Positions 9,475-19,164 of a DNA stretch of 60,983 nt are shown here, piece by piece (position 1 is the stretch's first letter; each line of letters begins with the position of its first letter). Source of the stretch: Candidatus Omnitrophota bacterium (GTDB lineage Bacteria > Omnitrophota > Gorgyraeia > Zapsychrales > Zapsychraceae). The stretch is taken from positions 499 through 61,481 of the forward strand of contig JADFYJ010000016.1 in NCBI GenBank assembly GCA_015233115.1, given 5' to 3'. The notes under the pieces are model-generated. The model was not told the origin of the DNA and searched no databases. It was given only the letters and a program-made list of their open reading frames with translations. A program made the position numbers and the translations under genes.

Positions 9475-10182
9475 TTAAGGAAGCTTTCTGGTAAGAAATT
9501 GTTGTAATAACTGATTCTCAAGACCAAAAACTTGATCTATGGTTTGAATGGCACTAAACTCTTGCGCCATAAGGCGTTTGAATTCTATTACAGAAATAGG
9601 GATATTGCTAACAAAATCAGTATGCGGACGGTTTTGGCGATATGAGGGGATGTCTTTGGGCATTTTTAGATATTGGGGAATTTGGTTTAAATCAAAGTCA
9701 TAGAGAATTGTGCCGTGATGCAGAATGAAATGGCGGCCACGTTTTTGGGCGTTACCGGAAAATTTTTTCTCAGAATCAAGCAAAGCAATATCGGAAATGG
9801 GGAAATATTGGCAGGGACAGCCAAATTGGCTGATAACTTTAACGACTTTATTTAAAATAAAATCATAAGACTTTCGAATATCAGGTAGTTTTGCGTCTAA
9901 ATTTTTGGGCAAAATCAAAGAATAATTTAAGCACCCGGGGCCTTGAACGACTGTACCTCCGCCGGAGGCGCGGCGCAAAACCGGTATCTGATCTTTTTGC
10001 GCGGCTATGAGGTCAATATCCTGTTCAGGCTTTCCGATACGGCCCAAAACGATAAAATAAACCGAGGATTCCCAGAAACGCAAGCAGGCTTCGCCTTGGC
10101 CTGATTCTGCCAGGGACCATAAAACCTCATCAAATAAGATATTTTCCTGGGGAGATTGAAAAGAAATATCGCGAACAATCAT
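9475..10182 (-). CDS. lplA: Lipoate-protein ligase A family
   Basis: RRASGGGTV, KKFSGNAQ, HHGTILY. Lies directly downstream of the gcv genes. Confidence 0.85.
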   Translation of the reverse strand: MIVRDISFQSPQENILFDEVLWSLAESGQGEACLRFWESSVYFIVLGRIGKPEQDIDLIAAQKDQIPVLRRASGGGTVVQGPGCLNYSLILPKNLDAKLPDIRKSYDFILNKVVKVISQFGCPCQYFPISDIALLDSEKKFSGNAQKRGRHFILHHGTILYDFDLNQIPQYLKMPKDIPSYRQNRPHTDFVSNIPISVIEFKRLMAQEFSAIQTIDQVFGLENQLLQQFLTRKLP

Positions 10183-10197
10183 AACATTGTCAGGGAA

Positions 10198-11661
10198 TTA
10201 ACCCCGATAACAGGTATTGATGTCTTTAGCTGCCTTAACTTCGTCCGGACGGGAAATGGGCATGGTTTTGGGCATGTCATGAAAACTTTCCGGAGCTGTC
10301 TTGGATAATTCGTCCGCTTTGATCATAACCTGAATAAATTCGTCGATACTCTGCTTTGATTCAGTTTCTGTCGGTTCGACCATGATCGCTTCTTTGACGG
10401 TCATCGGGAAGTAAACGGTCGGAGGATGATAGCCTTTATCAATCAAAAATTTAGCCACATCAATTGCGTGGACACCACGGGCAACTTGCTTTTCAGCAGA
10501 AAACACGACTTCGTGCATGCAAATGCGATCATACGGGACTGTATAATAATCTTTTAAACACGCGCGGATGTAATTGGCGTTTAAAACCGCGTGGTCGCTG
10601 GTTTGTTTCAAGCCATCTCCGCCGAGGATCAAGGTATAGGCAAAAGCTTTTAATAAAACGCTAAAGTTGCCGTAAAATGAAGAAATATATCCGACAGATT
10701 GCGGATAATCGTAATTTAACGCGAAACTTCCATCCGCACGTTTAATAACCCGTGATATTGGTAGAAAAGGCAATAAACGGTCGCTGACCCCAACCGGACC
10801 GGATCCAGGCCCGCCTCCCCCATGCGGGGCGGAAAAAGTTTTATGGATATTAATGTGCATAACATCAAAGCCGACATCTCCGGGACGGCAGCGTCCTAAA
10901 ATAGCATTCAAATTCGCGCCGTCGTAATACATTAATCCGTCGACAGCGTGAATAATCTCCGCGATTTTATCAATATCAGAATGGAAAATACCGTGCGTGT
11001 CCGGACAAGTCAACATTAAACCTGCCACATCATTATTCACTTTGGATTTAAGATCATCAAGATCCAAAATTCCCTGCGGCGTGGTTTTAACAGAAAGGAT
11101 TTCATAACCTACAATCGAAGCTGTCGCAGGATTCGTTCCATGCGCCGCATCCGGCACAATAATATATTTTTTCTTATTCCCTTTGGCCCTATGATACGCG
11201 GCAATCATCATGACACCGGCTAGTTCGCCGTGCGCGCCTGCCAAAGGCTGAAGGGTAAAAGCTTTCATGCCTGTAATTTCACAGAGCCATTCTTCCATTT
11301 CAAACAAAACCTGTAAAGCGCCTTGCGTAAATTTCTCTCCTTGAAGAAGCTGGGGTAATAAAGGATGCAGATCTGTAAACCCGGACAATTGAGCGATCTT
11401 CTCAGTAATGCGCGGATTGTATTTCATGGTACAGGAACCCAGAGGATAAAAATTCGTATCCACCGAATAATTGAGACGGGACAATAAAGTAAAATGACGA
11501 ACGACATCCAGTTCAGACACTTCCGGCCAATTGCATTCGCTTTTACGCATAAAAGCTTGCGGAATCGGGGCATGCGCATCCACACCCACAGGCGGATTCA
11601 CATAGCCTCTACGGCCTTTGACGCTTTTATTAAAAATTAAGTCTACAGGTTGATTTAGCAT
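10198..11661 (-). CDS. gcvPB: Glycine dehydrogenase (decarboxylating) subunit 2
   Basis: FYPLGSCTMKYNP, QPLAGAHGE, AHGTNPA, HINIHKTFSAPHGGGGPG, EPTETESK. Confidence 0.97.
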   Translation of the reverse strand: MLNQPVDLIFNKSVKGRRGYVNPPVGVDAHAPIPQAFMRKSECNWPEVSELDVVRHFTLLSRLNYSVDTNFYPLGSCTMKYNPRITEKIAQLSGFTDLHPLLPQLLQGEKFTQGALQVLFEMEEWLCEITGMKAFTLQPLAGAHGELAGVMMIAAYHRAKGNKKKYIIVPDAAHGTNPATASIVGYEILSVKTTPQGILDLDDLKSKVNNDVAGLMLTCPDTHGIFHSDIDKIAEIIHAVDGLMYYDGANLNAILGRCRPGDVGFDVMHINIHKTFSAPHGGGGPGSGPVGVSDRLLPFLPISRVIKRADGSFALNYDYPQSVGYISSFYGNFSVLLKAFAYTLILGGDGLKQTSDHAVLNANYIRACLKDYYTVPYDRICMHEVVFSAEKQVARGVHAIDVAKFLIDKGYHPPTVYFPMTVKEAIMVEPTETESKQSIDEFIQVMIKADELSKTAPESFHDMPKTMPISRPDEVKAAKDINTCYRG

Positions 11662-11763
11662 ATATATTTGTCCATTTAAGTACGCCGCTCGCAGGAGCTC
11701 CCGGCACTACTCGGACATTACGTCCTCGGTCGCCGTGTAATTATCTCTTCGCGTTAATTTTCA

Positions 11764-11920
11764 AACCGCGTGCCCATACACAAGGTTTGTGTTTAAACCG
11801 AATCCCAGAGCGAGTTTCCTTGGCGGTTCGGTCGTCATCCCAACTTCATCATGCCATCGCTTCGCCAAGGTTGTTTGAGCGAAAGATTTGGTTTAAATGC
11901 AAACCGCCCTACCGCGCGCT
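11764..11920. repeat. Dispersed structured element, family A copy 1 (157 bp)
   Basis: aaccgcgtgcccatacacaaggtt...gagcgagtt[ccttggcg-37 nt-cgccaagg]ttgtttgagcgaa...aaaccgccctaccgcgcgct. Homologous to 19038-19160 and 39432-39555. Abuts the gcvPA stop codon. Confidence 0.92.
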
Positions 11921-13261
11921 TCATGATACCAAGACTGCTGCTAATGCTTTTGTATAGGCGTCAATTTCTGCTTTGGTTCTTTTTTCAGTTACGGCAATAA
12001 TCATGTAATTATCCATACCCGGATAATAACGGCTCAACGGGAAACCAGCGGCGAAACCTTTTTTGATCATGGCTTCGACCACAGTTGACGCGTCTTTGGG
12101 CAAACAGACGGTAAATTCATTGAATGTCGGAGAACTGCGTTTGACTTGTACGCCTTTGATTTTTTCCAGACATTGCTTCATATATTCGGCTTTATCCGCG
12201 TTAATTCTCGCCAGCTCTTTAAATCCTTCTTTCCCAACCAAAGACATAAAAATCACAGCCTGAAGCGCGCACAAGGCCACATTGGTGCAAATATTTGATG
12301 TGGCTTTTTCCCGGCGGATATGTTGTTCTCTCGCCTGCAAAGTATTCACGTAGCAGCGCCGTCCTTCTTTATCCACAGTCTGTCCGACAATACGTCCGGG
12401 CATCTTTCTGACAAATTCTTTACGTGTGGCCATAAATCCTAAATACGGCCCGCCAAAATTTAAAGCCAAACCTAAACTCTGCCCTTCACCCGTCACAATA
12501 TCCACACCCATTTCACCCGGGGTTTTTAAAAGACCCAAAGAAATCGGGTACACGCTTTCCACGACCAGCGCGCCAGCTTGATGCGCCAGGTCAACAATAT
12601 CAGAATAATCATCAATCGCGCCAAAAAAATTCGGGTTCTGCACCACGACAGCAGCGGTATTTTTATCCAATAAATTTTTGATAGCTGAACGGCTGGCCTG
12701 TCCATGCACCACCGGAGTTTCCACAAATTCAAAATGCAAATTCGTCGTATACGAGCGGATGATTTTTTTATAAATCGGGCTCACTCCGCCGTCAACCAGA
12801 ACCTTTTTACGGTTTGTGGTTCGGATGGCCATCATAACAGCTTCATACAATGCTGTCCCGCCTTCATACAAGGATGCGTTCGCCACTTCCATGTCGGTCA
12901 TCGCACAGATCGCGCTTTGATATTCGAATAAAGCTTGTAATGTCCCCTGCGAGCATTCCGGTTGGTACGGTGTATACGCGGTAAAGAATTCACCCCGGGA
13001 TGTTAATGCGGCAACGACCGCCGGGACATAATGATCATAAAATCCTCCACCGATAAAAGGAACGAGCTGACTAGAATTCTTGGCCGCTAAGGTTTTCAAA
13101 TATTCCAGGACTTCAAACTCAGACTTGCCCTGAGGCAAATTAAACGATTTTGGACGATGTTGCGTTTTAATATCCACAAAAAGATCATCGATGCTTTTGA
13201 CACCGATTTTTTGCAACATTTTCTGCACATCTTCCGCTGTATTGGAAATGTATGGATTCAA
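11921..13261 (-). CDS. gcvPA: Glycine dehydrogenase (decarboxylating) subunit 1
   Basis: TAYTPYQPECSQGTLQ, ANASLYEG, GGPYLG, LQAREQHIRREKATSNICTN. Confidence 0.97.
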   Translation of the reverse strand: MNPYISNTAEDVQKMLQKIGVKSIDDLFVDIKTQHRPKSFNLPQGKSEFEVLEYLKTLAAKNSSQLVPFIGGGFYDHYVPAVVAALTSRGEFFTAYTPYQPECSQGTLQALFEYQSAICAMTDMEVANASLYEGGTALYEAVMMAIRTTNRKKVLVDGGVSPIYKKIIRSYTTNLHFEFVETPVVHGQASRSAIKNLLDKNTAAVVVQNPNFFGAIDDYSDIVDLAHQAGALVVESVYPISLGLLKTPGEMGVDIVTGEGQSLGLALNFGGPYLGFMATRKEFVRKMPGRIVGQTVDKEGRRCYVNTLQAREQHIRREKATSNICTNVALCALQAVIFMSLVGKEGFKELARINADKAEYMKQCLEKIKGVQVKRSSPTFNEFTVCLPKDASTVVEAMIKKGFAAGFPLSRYYPGMDNYMIIAVTEKRTKAEIDAYTKALAAVLVS

Positions 13262-13272
13262 GGATAACTTTC

Positions 13273-13665
13273 TTATTCTTCTTTTTCTGCTTCCAGGAAA
13301 CTTTGGTATTCTTCGGCGTTCATGAGATTGCCGAGCTGATCCAAATCAGCGGCAACGATCTTCGCGATCCAGCCCCGTTCATACGGCGAACGGTTGATCA
13401 ATCCCGGATCAGAATCCAAATTGTGGTTCACATCCACGATGCGGCCGCCGAGCGGTGAAAAAATATCGCTGGCTGCTTTAACGGATTCGACTGAAGCGAG
13501 CTCTTCAAATTGTTCCACTTCAGTATCGACGGTAGGCAATTCCACAAACGTAATATCTCCCAATGATGACTGCGCGTAATCCGTGATTCCGACCATAGCC
13601 GATTCTTCTTCCATGCAAACCCATTCATGATCTTTCGTATAATAGTAATGTTCAATGATCTCCAT
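13273..13665 (-). CDS. gcvH: Glycine cleavage system H protein
   Basis: YTKDHEW, GITDYAQ..LGD, lipoyl-Lys motif VESVKAASDIFSP. Confidence 0.97.
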   Translation of the reverse strand: MEIIEHYYYTKDHEWVCMEEESAMVGITDYAQSSLGDITFVELPTVDTEVEQFEELASVESVKAASDIFSPLGGRIVDVNHNLDSDPGLINRSPYERGWIAKIVAADLDQLGNLMNAEEYQSFLEAEKEE

Positions 13666-13695
13666 TGTTTCCCTTTCTTCTTACCACCATATTCC

Positions 13696-14790
13696 CTATA
13701 ATTTTAATGAACCTTTTTTATAAAATATCCGACTTGAAACAATGGCCGGGTTTTTTGATTTTTCATCGCCGAAAAATATTGTCTGCCCTTGTTCCCCGTA
13801 ACCGGTATTCACAAATCCTAGTCCAATACCTTTGGTTAATGCCGGCGAAAAACTGCCGCTGGTCACCACACCGATTAAAGAACCATCCTCAGAAAATAAT
13901 TTTTGTTCTGCCCGGGGAGAACGACGATCCAAAGCCGTAAAACCAACCACCTTTTCCTTAATGCCACCCACTTGTTGCGCTAAAAGCGCGTGTTTCCCTA
14001 TAAAATCCTTATCAAAATTGACAAACCTTGTCAAGCTTGATTCTAACGGAGTTTTTTTCTCGTTTAATTCATGACCGTATAAACTGTAGCCCACCTCGAG
14101 CCTCAAGACATCGCGCGCTCCTAAACCCGCGGGTTTTACGCGGGAGTCTTTCAACAGCGCTTTCCAAAAATCCGCGGCTTTGGACCATGGCATATAAATT
14201 TCATAACCTAATTCGCCCGTATAACCGGTGCGGCTGATGAGGACTTCTTCCTCTAAAAAACGGAACATGCCGAAAGAATAAAATTCTAATTTTTCTATAC
14301 CGGGCACCATTTGTTTTAAAACATCCCTCGACAACGGGCCTTGAATATCAATTTTTCCGGTCTGGGAGGACAGGTCTTTAAACTGCGCTTTAGCTGACAA
14401 ATGCGCGCGGAAATGCGCCGCGTCTTTTTCTGTAGTCGAGGCATTCACGACGATAAACCATTCCTGCTGAGCTTTGCGGAAGACAATGAGGTCATCCATG
14501 ATCCCGCCGTGTTCGTTGAGCATGCAGCCATAACGGCAAGTCCCCACTGGCATATCAATTATTTTTTGCGTGACTAAATGATCTAATCCGCTTTCAACGG
14601 CATCGCCGGTTACCAAAAATTCGCCCATATGGCAAATATCAAAAATAGCCGCGCCTTGGCGGGCATAGTCATATTCTTTTAAAATGCCGTCATACTGCAC
14701 CGGCATATCCCATCCGCCAAAAGGAACCATTTTCGCTTTTAAGGCGAGGTGTTCTTCATAAATTGGAGTTCGTTTTAGATTTGTGTCCAT
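13696..14790 (-). CDS. gcvT: Glycine cleavage aminomethyltransferase
   Basis: [40 protein letters not shown]. Confidence 0.97.
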   Translation of the reverse strand: MDTNLKRTPIYEEHLALKAKMVPFGGWDMPVQYDGILKEYDYARQGAAIFDICHMGEFLVTGDAVESGLDHLVTQKIIDMPVGTCRYGCMLNEHGGIMDDLIVFRKAQQEWFIVVNASTTEKDAAHFRAHLSAKAQFKDLSSQTGKIDIQGPLSRDVLKQMVPGIEKLEFYSFGMFRFLEEEVLISRTGYTGELGYEIYMPWSKAADFWKALLKDSRVKPAGLGARDVLRLEVGYSLYGHELNEKKTPLESSLTRFVNFDKDFIGKHALLAQQVGGIKEKVVGFTALDRRSPRAEQKLFSEDGSLIGVVTSGSFSPALTKGIGLGFVNTGYGEQGQTIFFGDEKSKNPAIVSSRIFYKKGSLKL

Positions 14791-14815
14791 AAAATTAAAA
14801 TTTATAAAATGTTTA

Positions 14816-14920
14816 AAAAATGGTGTCAGACCTCGACTTGAAACAATTTGCTCGAAATAAAAAAATATAGCTGGTTAACTGCCGACCGCCCATTCTCAGT
14901 CGAGTTCAGACACCATTTTT
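14816..14920. repeat. Inverted-repeat element with 23-bp arms (21/23 match) and a 59-bp spacer
   Basis: aaaaatggtgtcagacctcgact (14816-14838) and agtcgagttcagacaccattttt (14898-14920). Confidence 0.8.
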
Positions 14921-14924
14921 AATA

Positions 14925-14998
14925 CGCGCCTAGAGGGAGTCGAACCCCCGACACCTGATTCCGAAGACCAGTGCTCTATCCAACTGAGCTATAGGCGC
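14925..14998 (-). tRNA. tRNA-Arg(UCG), CCA end not encoded
   Basis: Minus strand GCGCCTATAGCTCAGTTGGATAGAGCA-CTGGT CT TCG GA ATCAG-GTGTC-GGGGGTTCGACTCCCTC-TAGGCGC-G forms a full cloverleaf. Confidence 0.96.
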
Positions 14999-15011
14999 AT
15001 AAAACGTTTTT

Positions 15012-15039
15012 ATATTAAACCTATATTTTGAAATGTCAA
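15012..15039 (-). promoter_or_regulatory. Putative sigma70 promoter for tRNA-Arg
   Basis: TTGACA (15039-15034), 16-nt spacer, TAATAT (15017-15012), ending 13 nt upstream of the tRNA. Confidence 0.6.
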
Positions 15040-15052
15040 AAAATAGAATAAA

Positions 15053-15955
15053 TTATTTTTTAAATCTCTGCACGGCTGACTTCATGTCTTCTGCGGATGA
15101 TGCTGTTGTTTCTATTACTTTAATGACATGCTTATCAAAAAATTTTATGAGCGGGCTCAAATCTAAGTCTCCGCTAAAGGGTACTTGATGATCCCGTTTT
15201 CCGGTCATCCCGTGCAAATGAACTCCGATTAAATATTTGCCATACGCTTCCAAAAAATCCAAATGATCTGTAATCCCCAGCCGGCTGTTCATCTCGGCAT
15301 GTCCCACATCGTGCCAATAACCCAGGCCTTTACGTTCAAACAAATTCAGGAACATTCCGATTTCCTGAAAATCCGGTATTTCCGTCGGATAATAGCGGGT
15401 TTCTAAGCCAACCTTGATTTTTTTTCTGAACGCATAATCCATGACGTCCGTTAAGCTTTCTTCAAGCGCAGCAATATACGGCTCACGATTTTTCTTCCTA
15501 AAATTTAAAATTCGCTTTCGCTCCTGATAAAATTCCGCAGAATCTTTTTGGCCATCCATATAAAGTTCGAATAATTTTTTGGATCGGATATCGTCAGAAT
15601 CAATCATGCCCGCATGTAAGACAATCGCTTTGGCCTTAAATTCTACAGCCGTATCAATGGTGTAACAGGTCCAGCCAACTGCTTTTTTACGCTCCCATTC
15701 ATCCAGCGCAGATAACCGATAGTAATTGGAAAGATGCCGCGGTGAAGGATCATCATCAGGAGTGGGACAAAAGTTGTGAACACTCGAAATCGCCAGCCCC
15801 AATTTCGGTAAAGTTTTATGAATTTGCTGTAAATGCGGACGGGACAAATGATAGTCCAATTCAATAGCATTAAAACCTAACTCCTTGACCTGAATCAGCC
15901 AGTCATGAATATCAATATCCGGCGAATAATTCCAGCATGAAGAAAGTGATAACAT
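15053..15955 (-). CDS. Sugar-phosphate isomerase/epimerase-like TIM barrel protein
   Basis: GFNAIEL, SSVHNFCP, VLHAG, GLETR, WHDVGHA, GVHLHG..G.RDH. Confidence 0.8.
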   Translation of the reverse strand: MLSLSSCWNYSPDIDIHDWLIQVKELGFNAIELDYHLSRPHLQQIHKTLPKLGLAISSVHNFCPTPDDDPSPRHLSNYYRLSALDEWERKKAVGWTCYTIDTAVEFKAKAIVLHAGMIDSDDIRSKKLFELYMDGQKDSAEFYQERKRILNFRKKNREPYIAALEESLTDVMDYAFRKKIKVGLETRYYPTEIPDFQEIGMFLNLFERKGLGYWHDVGHAEMNSRLGITDHLDFLEAYGKYLIGVHLHGMTGKRDHQVPFSGDLDLSPLIKFFDKHVIKVIETTASSAEDMKSAVQRFKK

Positions 15956-15972
15956 GTTTTTTATCCCTGCGT

Positions 15973-16170
15973 TTATTTGTCTTTATCCAAATCTTCGACT
16001 ACTTTTTTTACTTCCAATTCCGCCTTTTCGATTTTCTCTTTACAGGTCTTAATCAATTTAACGGCTTCTTTCACATGAGCTGATAATTCATCCACATCAA
16101 CATTTTCATCTTCGATCCGTTCAATAATTTCGGTTAAACGGCTCATGGAATCTTTATACGTGTCTTTCAT
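15973..16170 (-). CDS. xseB: Exodeoxyribonuclease VII small subunit
   Basis: L.EII.RIE....DVDEL...VKEA..LIK.C..K...AE. AGGAG RBS; follows xseA. Confidence 0.9.
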   Translation of the reverse strand: MKDTYKDSMSRLTEIIERIEDENVDVDELSAHVKEAVKLIKTCKEKIEKAELEVKKVVEDLDKDK

Positions 16171-16184
16171 GTACAACTCCTTAT

Positions 16185-17489
16185 TTATTTTACCGTGCTC
16201 TCCACATTCCCATCGCCTAATTGCGTCATTATATCATCATCTTTTTTTACATGCTGAACACTTTTTAAGGCTCGACCAGTACTGTCGCGGGTGATGCTGA
16301 ATCCGCGTTTTAACGTGTTTTCGGGATGCAAAGCTCTGACTACTTTTTCAAAATTGATGAGGCGGTCATTTTCTTTTCGAAAGCGGATCTTTATTTCCCT
16401 CGTTAAATTTTCTTCGGTCCGCAGAACTTTTTGTTTTTCAGCCGACAATCCTTTTCCTGCCGCTTGCCGGACAGTTTCTTCCAATCGTGTAATAAAATCA
16501 TGATGCGCCTTAAAAAACATGTGGGTTTTCGTTTGAACAGACATGGCGTCATTCATCAATTGTTTCTTTTTCCGATCCAACAATGTCGTGCTTCCCCGCA
16601 AAACTGTATCCAAACCCTCATTCAGGCTATCCACAAATTCCTGCACCCGCCCTACAATAAACTGCGCGATGGCTGTCGGTGTTTTTGCAAACGTATGTGC
16701 GGCCAAGTCCGTAATGGTAATATTGATCTCGTGCCCTATGCCGCTTAAAACCGGAATAGTTGACGCCGCGATAGCCTCCGCGATCAGCTGACTGTCAAAG
16801 CAACTAAGATCCGCGATAGATCCGCCGCCGCGGGTAATCACAATCACGTCCAGCCCTTTGATCTCCTGCAATTCTTTAAGGCCGTAAACATTTTCCGCTT
16901 CAGCCCGTTTGCCTTGCATCAAGGTATTGCGCACATGAATTTTAAACCCGAATCCGCTTTTTTTAAGCTCTGAAATAAAATCATTGTACGCTGCCGAATC
17001 AGCTGAGGTGATCAACCCAATATTGAGCGGTACAGTCGGCAAAACCAAATGTTTATTCTTATCCAATACGCCTTTGGCTTTTAGTGCCGCGATTAACTTC
17101 TGTTTTTCCTGTGCCAGTTTACCGAGTGTATAAACCGGATCAATGCTTTCCACCACTAAACGCACTGCGCCGTGGGGAACATAATAATCCACTTTGCACG
17201 CGAATTTGACTTCAATATCATCTTTCAGTTCAAAGGCATTCTCGCTCTTTTTCAAAATTTGATTGATCTGTGCTTTTTTCCCCTCCCAAATCACCACGCC
17301 CACCCGCGCTTTTACATCTTTTGACCGTTCATCTTTTTCAACCAGTTCGAAAAAAATATGGCTCTTCCCTTTGTTCCGGTCAAAACCCTGAATTTCGCCG
17401 CAGACCCAGACAGTTTGCGGGAATCCAGCGTTGAGCACGTCTTTGATGAAACCGTTTAATTCTGAAATAGTAAAAAGGTTATCCGGCAC
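16185..17489 (-). CDS. xseA: Exodeoxyribonuclease VII large subunit
   Basis: VWVCGEI, IGLITS..SAAY.D, RGGGSIADL, SGIGHE, TPTA, HPENTLKRGFSI. Confidence 0.95.
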   Translation of the reverse strand: MPDNLFTISELNGFIKDVLNAGFPQTVWVCGEIQGFDRNKGKSHIFFELVEKDERSKDVKARVGVVIWEGKKAQINQILKKSENAFELKDDIEVKFACKVDYYVPHGAVRLVVESIDPVYTLGKLAQEKQKLIAALKAKGVLDKNKHLVLPTVPLNIGLITSADSAAYNDFISELKKSGFGFKIHVRNTLMQGKRAEAENVYGLKELQEIKGLDVIVITRGGGSIADLSCFDSQLIAEAIAASTIPVLSGIGHEINITITDLAAHTFAKTPTAIAQFIVGRVQEFVDSLNEGLDTVLRGSTTLLDRKKKQLMNDAMSVQTKTHMFFKAHHDFITRLEETVRQAAGKGLSAEKQKVLRTEENLTREIKIRFRKENDRLINFEKVVRALHPENTLKRGFSITRDSTGRALKSVQHVKKDDDIMTQLGDGNVESTVK

Positions 17490-18147
17490 TTTGTTCCTTT
17501 TTCAAATCATTCAATGAAATGTACATCTGCACTTGGCAAAGATAAATGTACGGCGCGGCTATGGCAGTCCAAACAGAAATGAGGCTGTCCGCGTATTTGA
17601 AATTTATATACTTCAAGACCAAAACCGGGACGGAAATAATTATGGCAGTTAAAAACAACATGGTTAACGTAGGCCAAAAAAATCCTTTAACTAATTTTGC
17701 GCTTTGTTTAAATGATTCTGAAAACCAAGCTTCTTCATGTTTAAGATCAAGAACCAGGATCGGCGCGAACCAAAAAATTCCCAGGAAAAAAAATCCTGGA
17801 ATAACCAGCAGTAACAGCCCGGAAAAAATCATTATCTGAAAAGCGAACACAGTCGCCAAATATGCTCCCCAGAGGGCAGACAACCCCTGTTGAAAATCTT
17901 CCGGTGTGTCTCCGTTGCGGATGACATGTAAACACCACAAATATAAAATCATCTGCGGCCAACTGGTAAATATGGTTCCAATAATGACGCCCCAAAACAT
18001 CATCATGGTTTCATTTTGAGCAATTTTCATCACAAAGGCATTGCCAATAGCCGCGGCTACGGCCAAAAAAAATCCCCACGGCAAAAGCCGCCGGTAATAT
18101 TTTTTATATAAAATAAAAGATTGTTTAAGAATCCAAGATATATTCAT
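17479..18147 (-). CDS. Multi-pass membrane protein of unknown function
   Basis: About 5-6 TM segments with GLLLLVIPG and S..LVKG.FW patterns; co-oriented and overlaps xseA. Confidence 0.7.
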   Translation of the reverse strand: MNISWILKQSFILYKKYYRRLLPWGFFLAVAAAIGNAFVMKIAQNETMMMFWGVIIGTIFTSWPQMILYLWCLHVIRNGDTPEDFQQGLSALWGAYLATVFAFQIMIFSGLLLLVIPGFFFLGIFWFAPILVLDLKHEEAWFSESFKQSAKLVKGFFWPTLTMLFLTAIIISVPVLVLKYINFKYADSLISVWTAIAAPYIYLCQVQMYISLNDLKKEQSAG

Positions 18148-18149
18148 AA

Positions 18150-19001
18150 TTAATCAAAAATAACTGTTTTATTACCATAACCTAAAATCTTTTTTTGTAA
18201 ATGCCAACGTACCGCTCTGCTCAAGACCATTTTTTCCAAATCTTCGCCCTTACGGATTAAGTCCTCTAATTCATCACGGTGACTGATGCGTACCGTATCC
18301 TGCTCAATAATGGGTCCTTGATCTAAATCAGCGGTGACATAATGGCTCGTTGCTCCAATGATCTTTACCCCTTTACGAAACGCTTGTTCATACGGTTTCT
18401 GCCCGACGAAAGCCGGCAAAAAAGAGTGATGAATATTAATGATACGGTTATGGTACGATTGCACAAATTGCGGGCTTAAAATTTGATGATACCTGGCCAG
18501 CACAATCGTATCTATTTTTTCCTGAGTTAAAATTTCCAATTGCCGGTGTTCTTGTTCTGTTTTATTTTCGGCAAAAACCGGAAAATGACAAAAACGGATC
18601 CCAAACTGTTTAGCTAATGGTTCAGCGTCCTGATGATTACTGACAATCAAAGGGATATCACAATCAAAATGCCCGGCCTGTCGGCGGTATAACAGATCAA
18701 ATAAACAATGCAGTTGACGGGAAACAAAAATAGCCATCCGGCTTTTCTGGTCAGAAAAATTAAGTGACCACTCCATATGGAAATTTTGCGCGATAGGGGC
18801 AAATATTTGTTTGATATCATCCCGAGGAATATCAAAACCAGTCAAGTCCCATTCAACCCGCATGAAAAATGTATTAGTCTGATCATCCGTATGCTGGTCA
18901 GCATGAAGAATATTCCCGTTATGCTGATAAATAAAATGAGTGATCGCGGCAGTAATCCCACGATGATCCGGGCAGGAAATCAGCAGAACTGCTTTAGGCA
19001 T
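18150..19001 (-). CDS. purU: Formyltetrahydrofolate deformylase
   Basis: ACT domain SCPD..GI, LARYHQILS, INIHHSFLPAF.G..PY, LDQGPIIEQD. Start moved to ATG 19001 (AGGAG RBS). Confidence 0.96.
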   Translation of the reverse strand: MPKAVLLISCPDHRGITAAITHFIYQHNGNILHADQHTDDQTNTFFMRVEWDLTGFDIPRDDIKQIFAPIAQNFHMEWSLNFSDQKSRMAIFVSRQLHCLFDLLYRRQAGHFDCDIPLIVSNHQDAEPLAKQFGIRFCHFPVFAENKTEQEHRQLEILTQEKIDTIVLARYHQILSPQFVQSYHNRIINIHHSFLPAFVGQKPYEQAFRKGVKIIGATSHYVTADLDQGPIIEQDTVRISHRDELEDLIRKGEDLEKMVLSRAVRWHLQKKILGYGNKTVIFD

Positions 19002-19037
19002 AGACAACTCCTTAAAATAAAATATAATCAAATTTAT

Positions 19038-19160
19038 AACCGCGTGCCCATGCACAAGGTTAGCATTGAAACCGAATCCCAGAGCGAGTTCAGCGACGCC
19101 GAGTCGCTGCTGTTTGAGCGAAGGATTTGGTTTAAATGCAAACCGCCCAACCGCGCGCTT
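19038..19160. repeat. Dispersed structured element, family A copy 2 (123 bp)
   Basis: Same scaffold as copy 1, with the apical hairpin replaced by cagcgac-gccga-gtcgctg. Lies 4 nt from the helicase stop codon. Confidence 0.92.
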
Positions 19161-19164
19161 TAAA

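Noticed and set aside
14791-14924. Glycine riboswitch upstream of gcvT
   Set aside because: No GGAGA...CCGAAG or CUCUCAGG-type aptamer motifs. The space is filled by an inverted repeat.
14925-14998. tRNA as an integration site for an island or prophage
   Set aside because: No integrase and no duplicated tRNA 3' end seen. The flanks are housekeeping genes.
19060-19075. CRISPR repeat (ATTGAAAC ending) in family A copy 2
   Set aside because: The word is not conserved in the other copies. There is no repeat-spacer periodicity and no cas gene.
18777-19163. Plus-strand ORFs 18777-19163 and 39421-39603 sharing LFERRIxFKCxPPNRAL
   Set aside because: The similarity is only the family A repeat read in one frame. 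The frames diverge upstream and overlap real genes in antisense.
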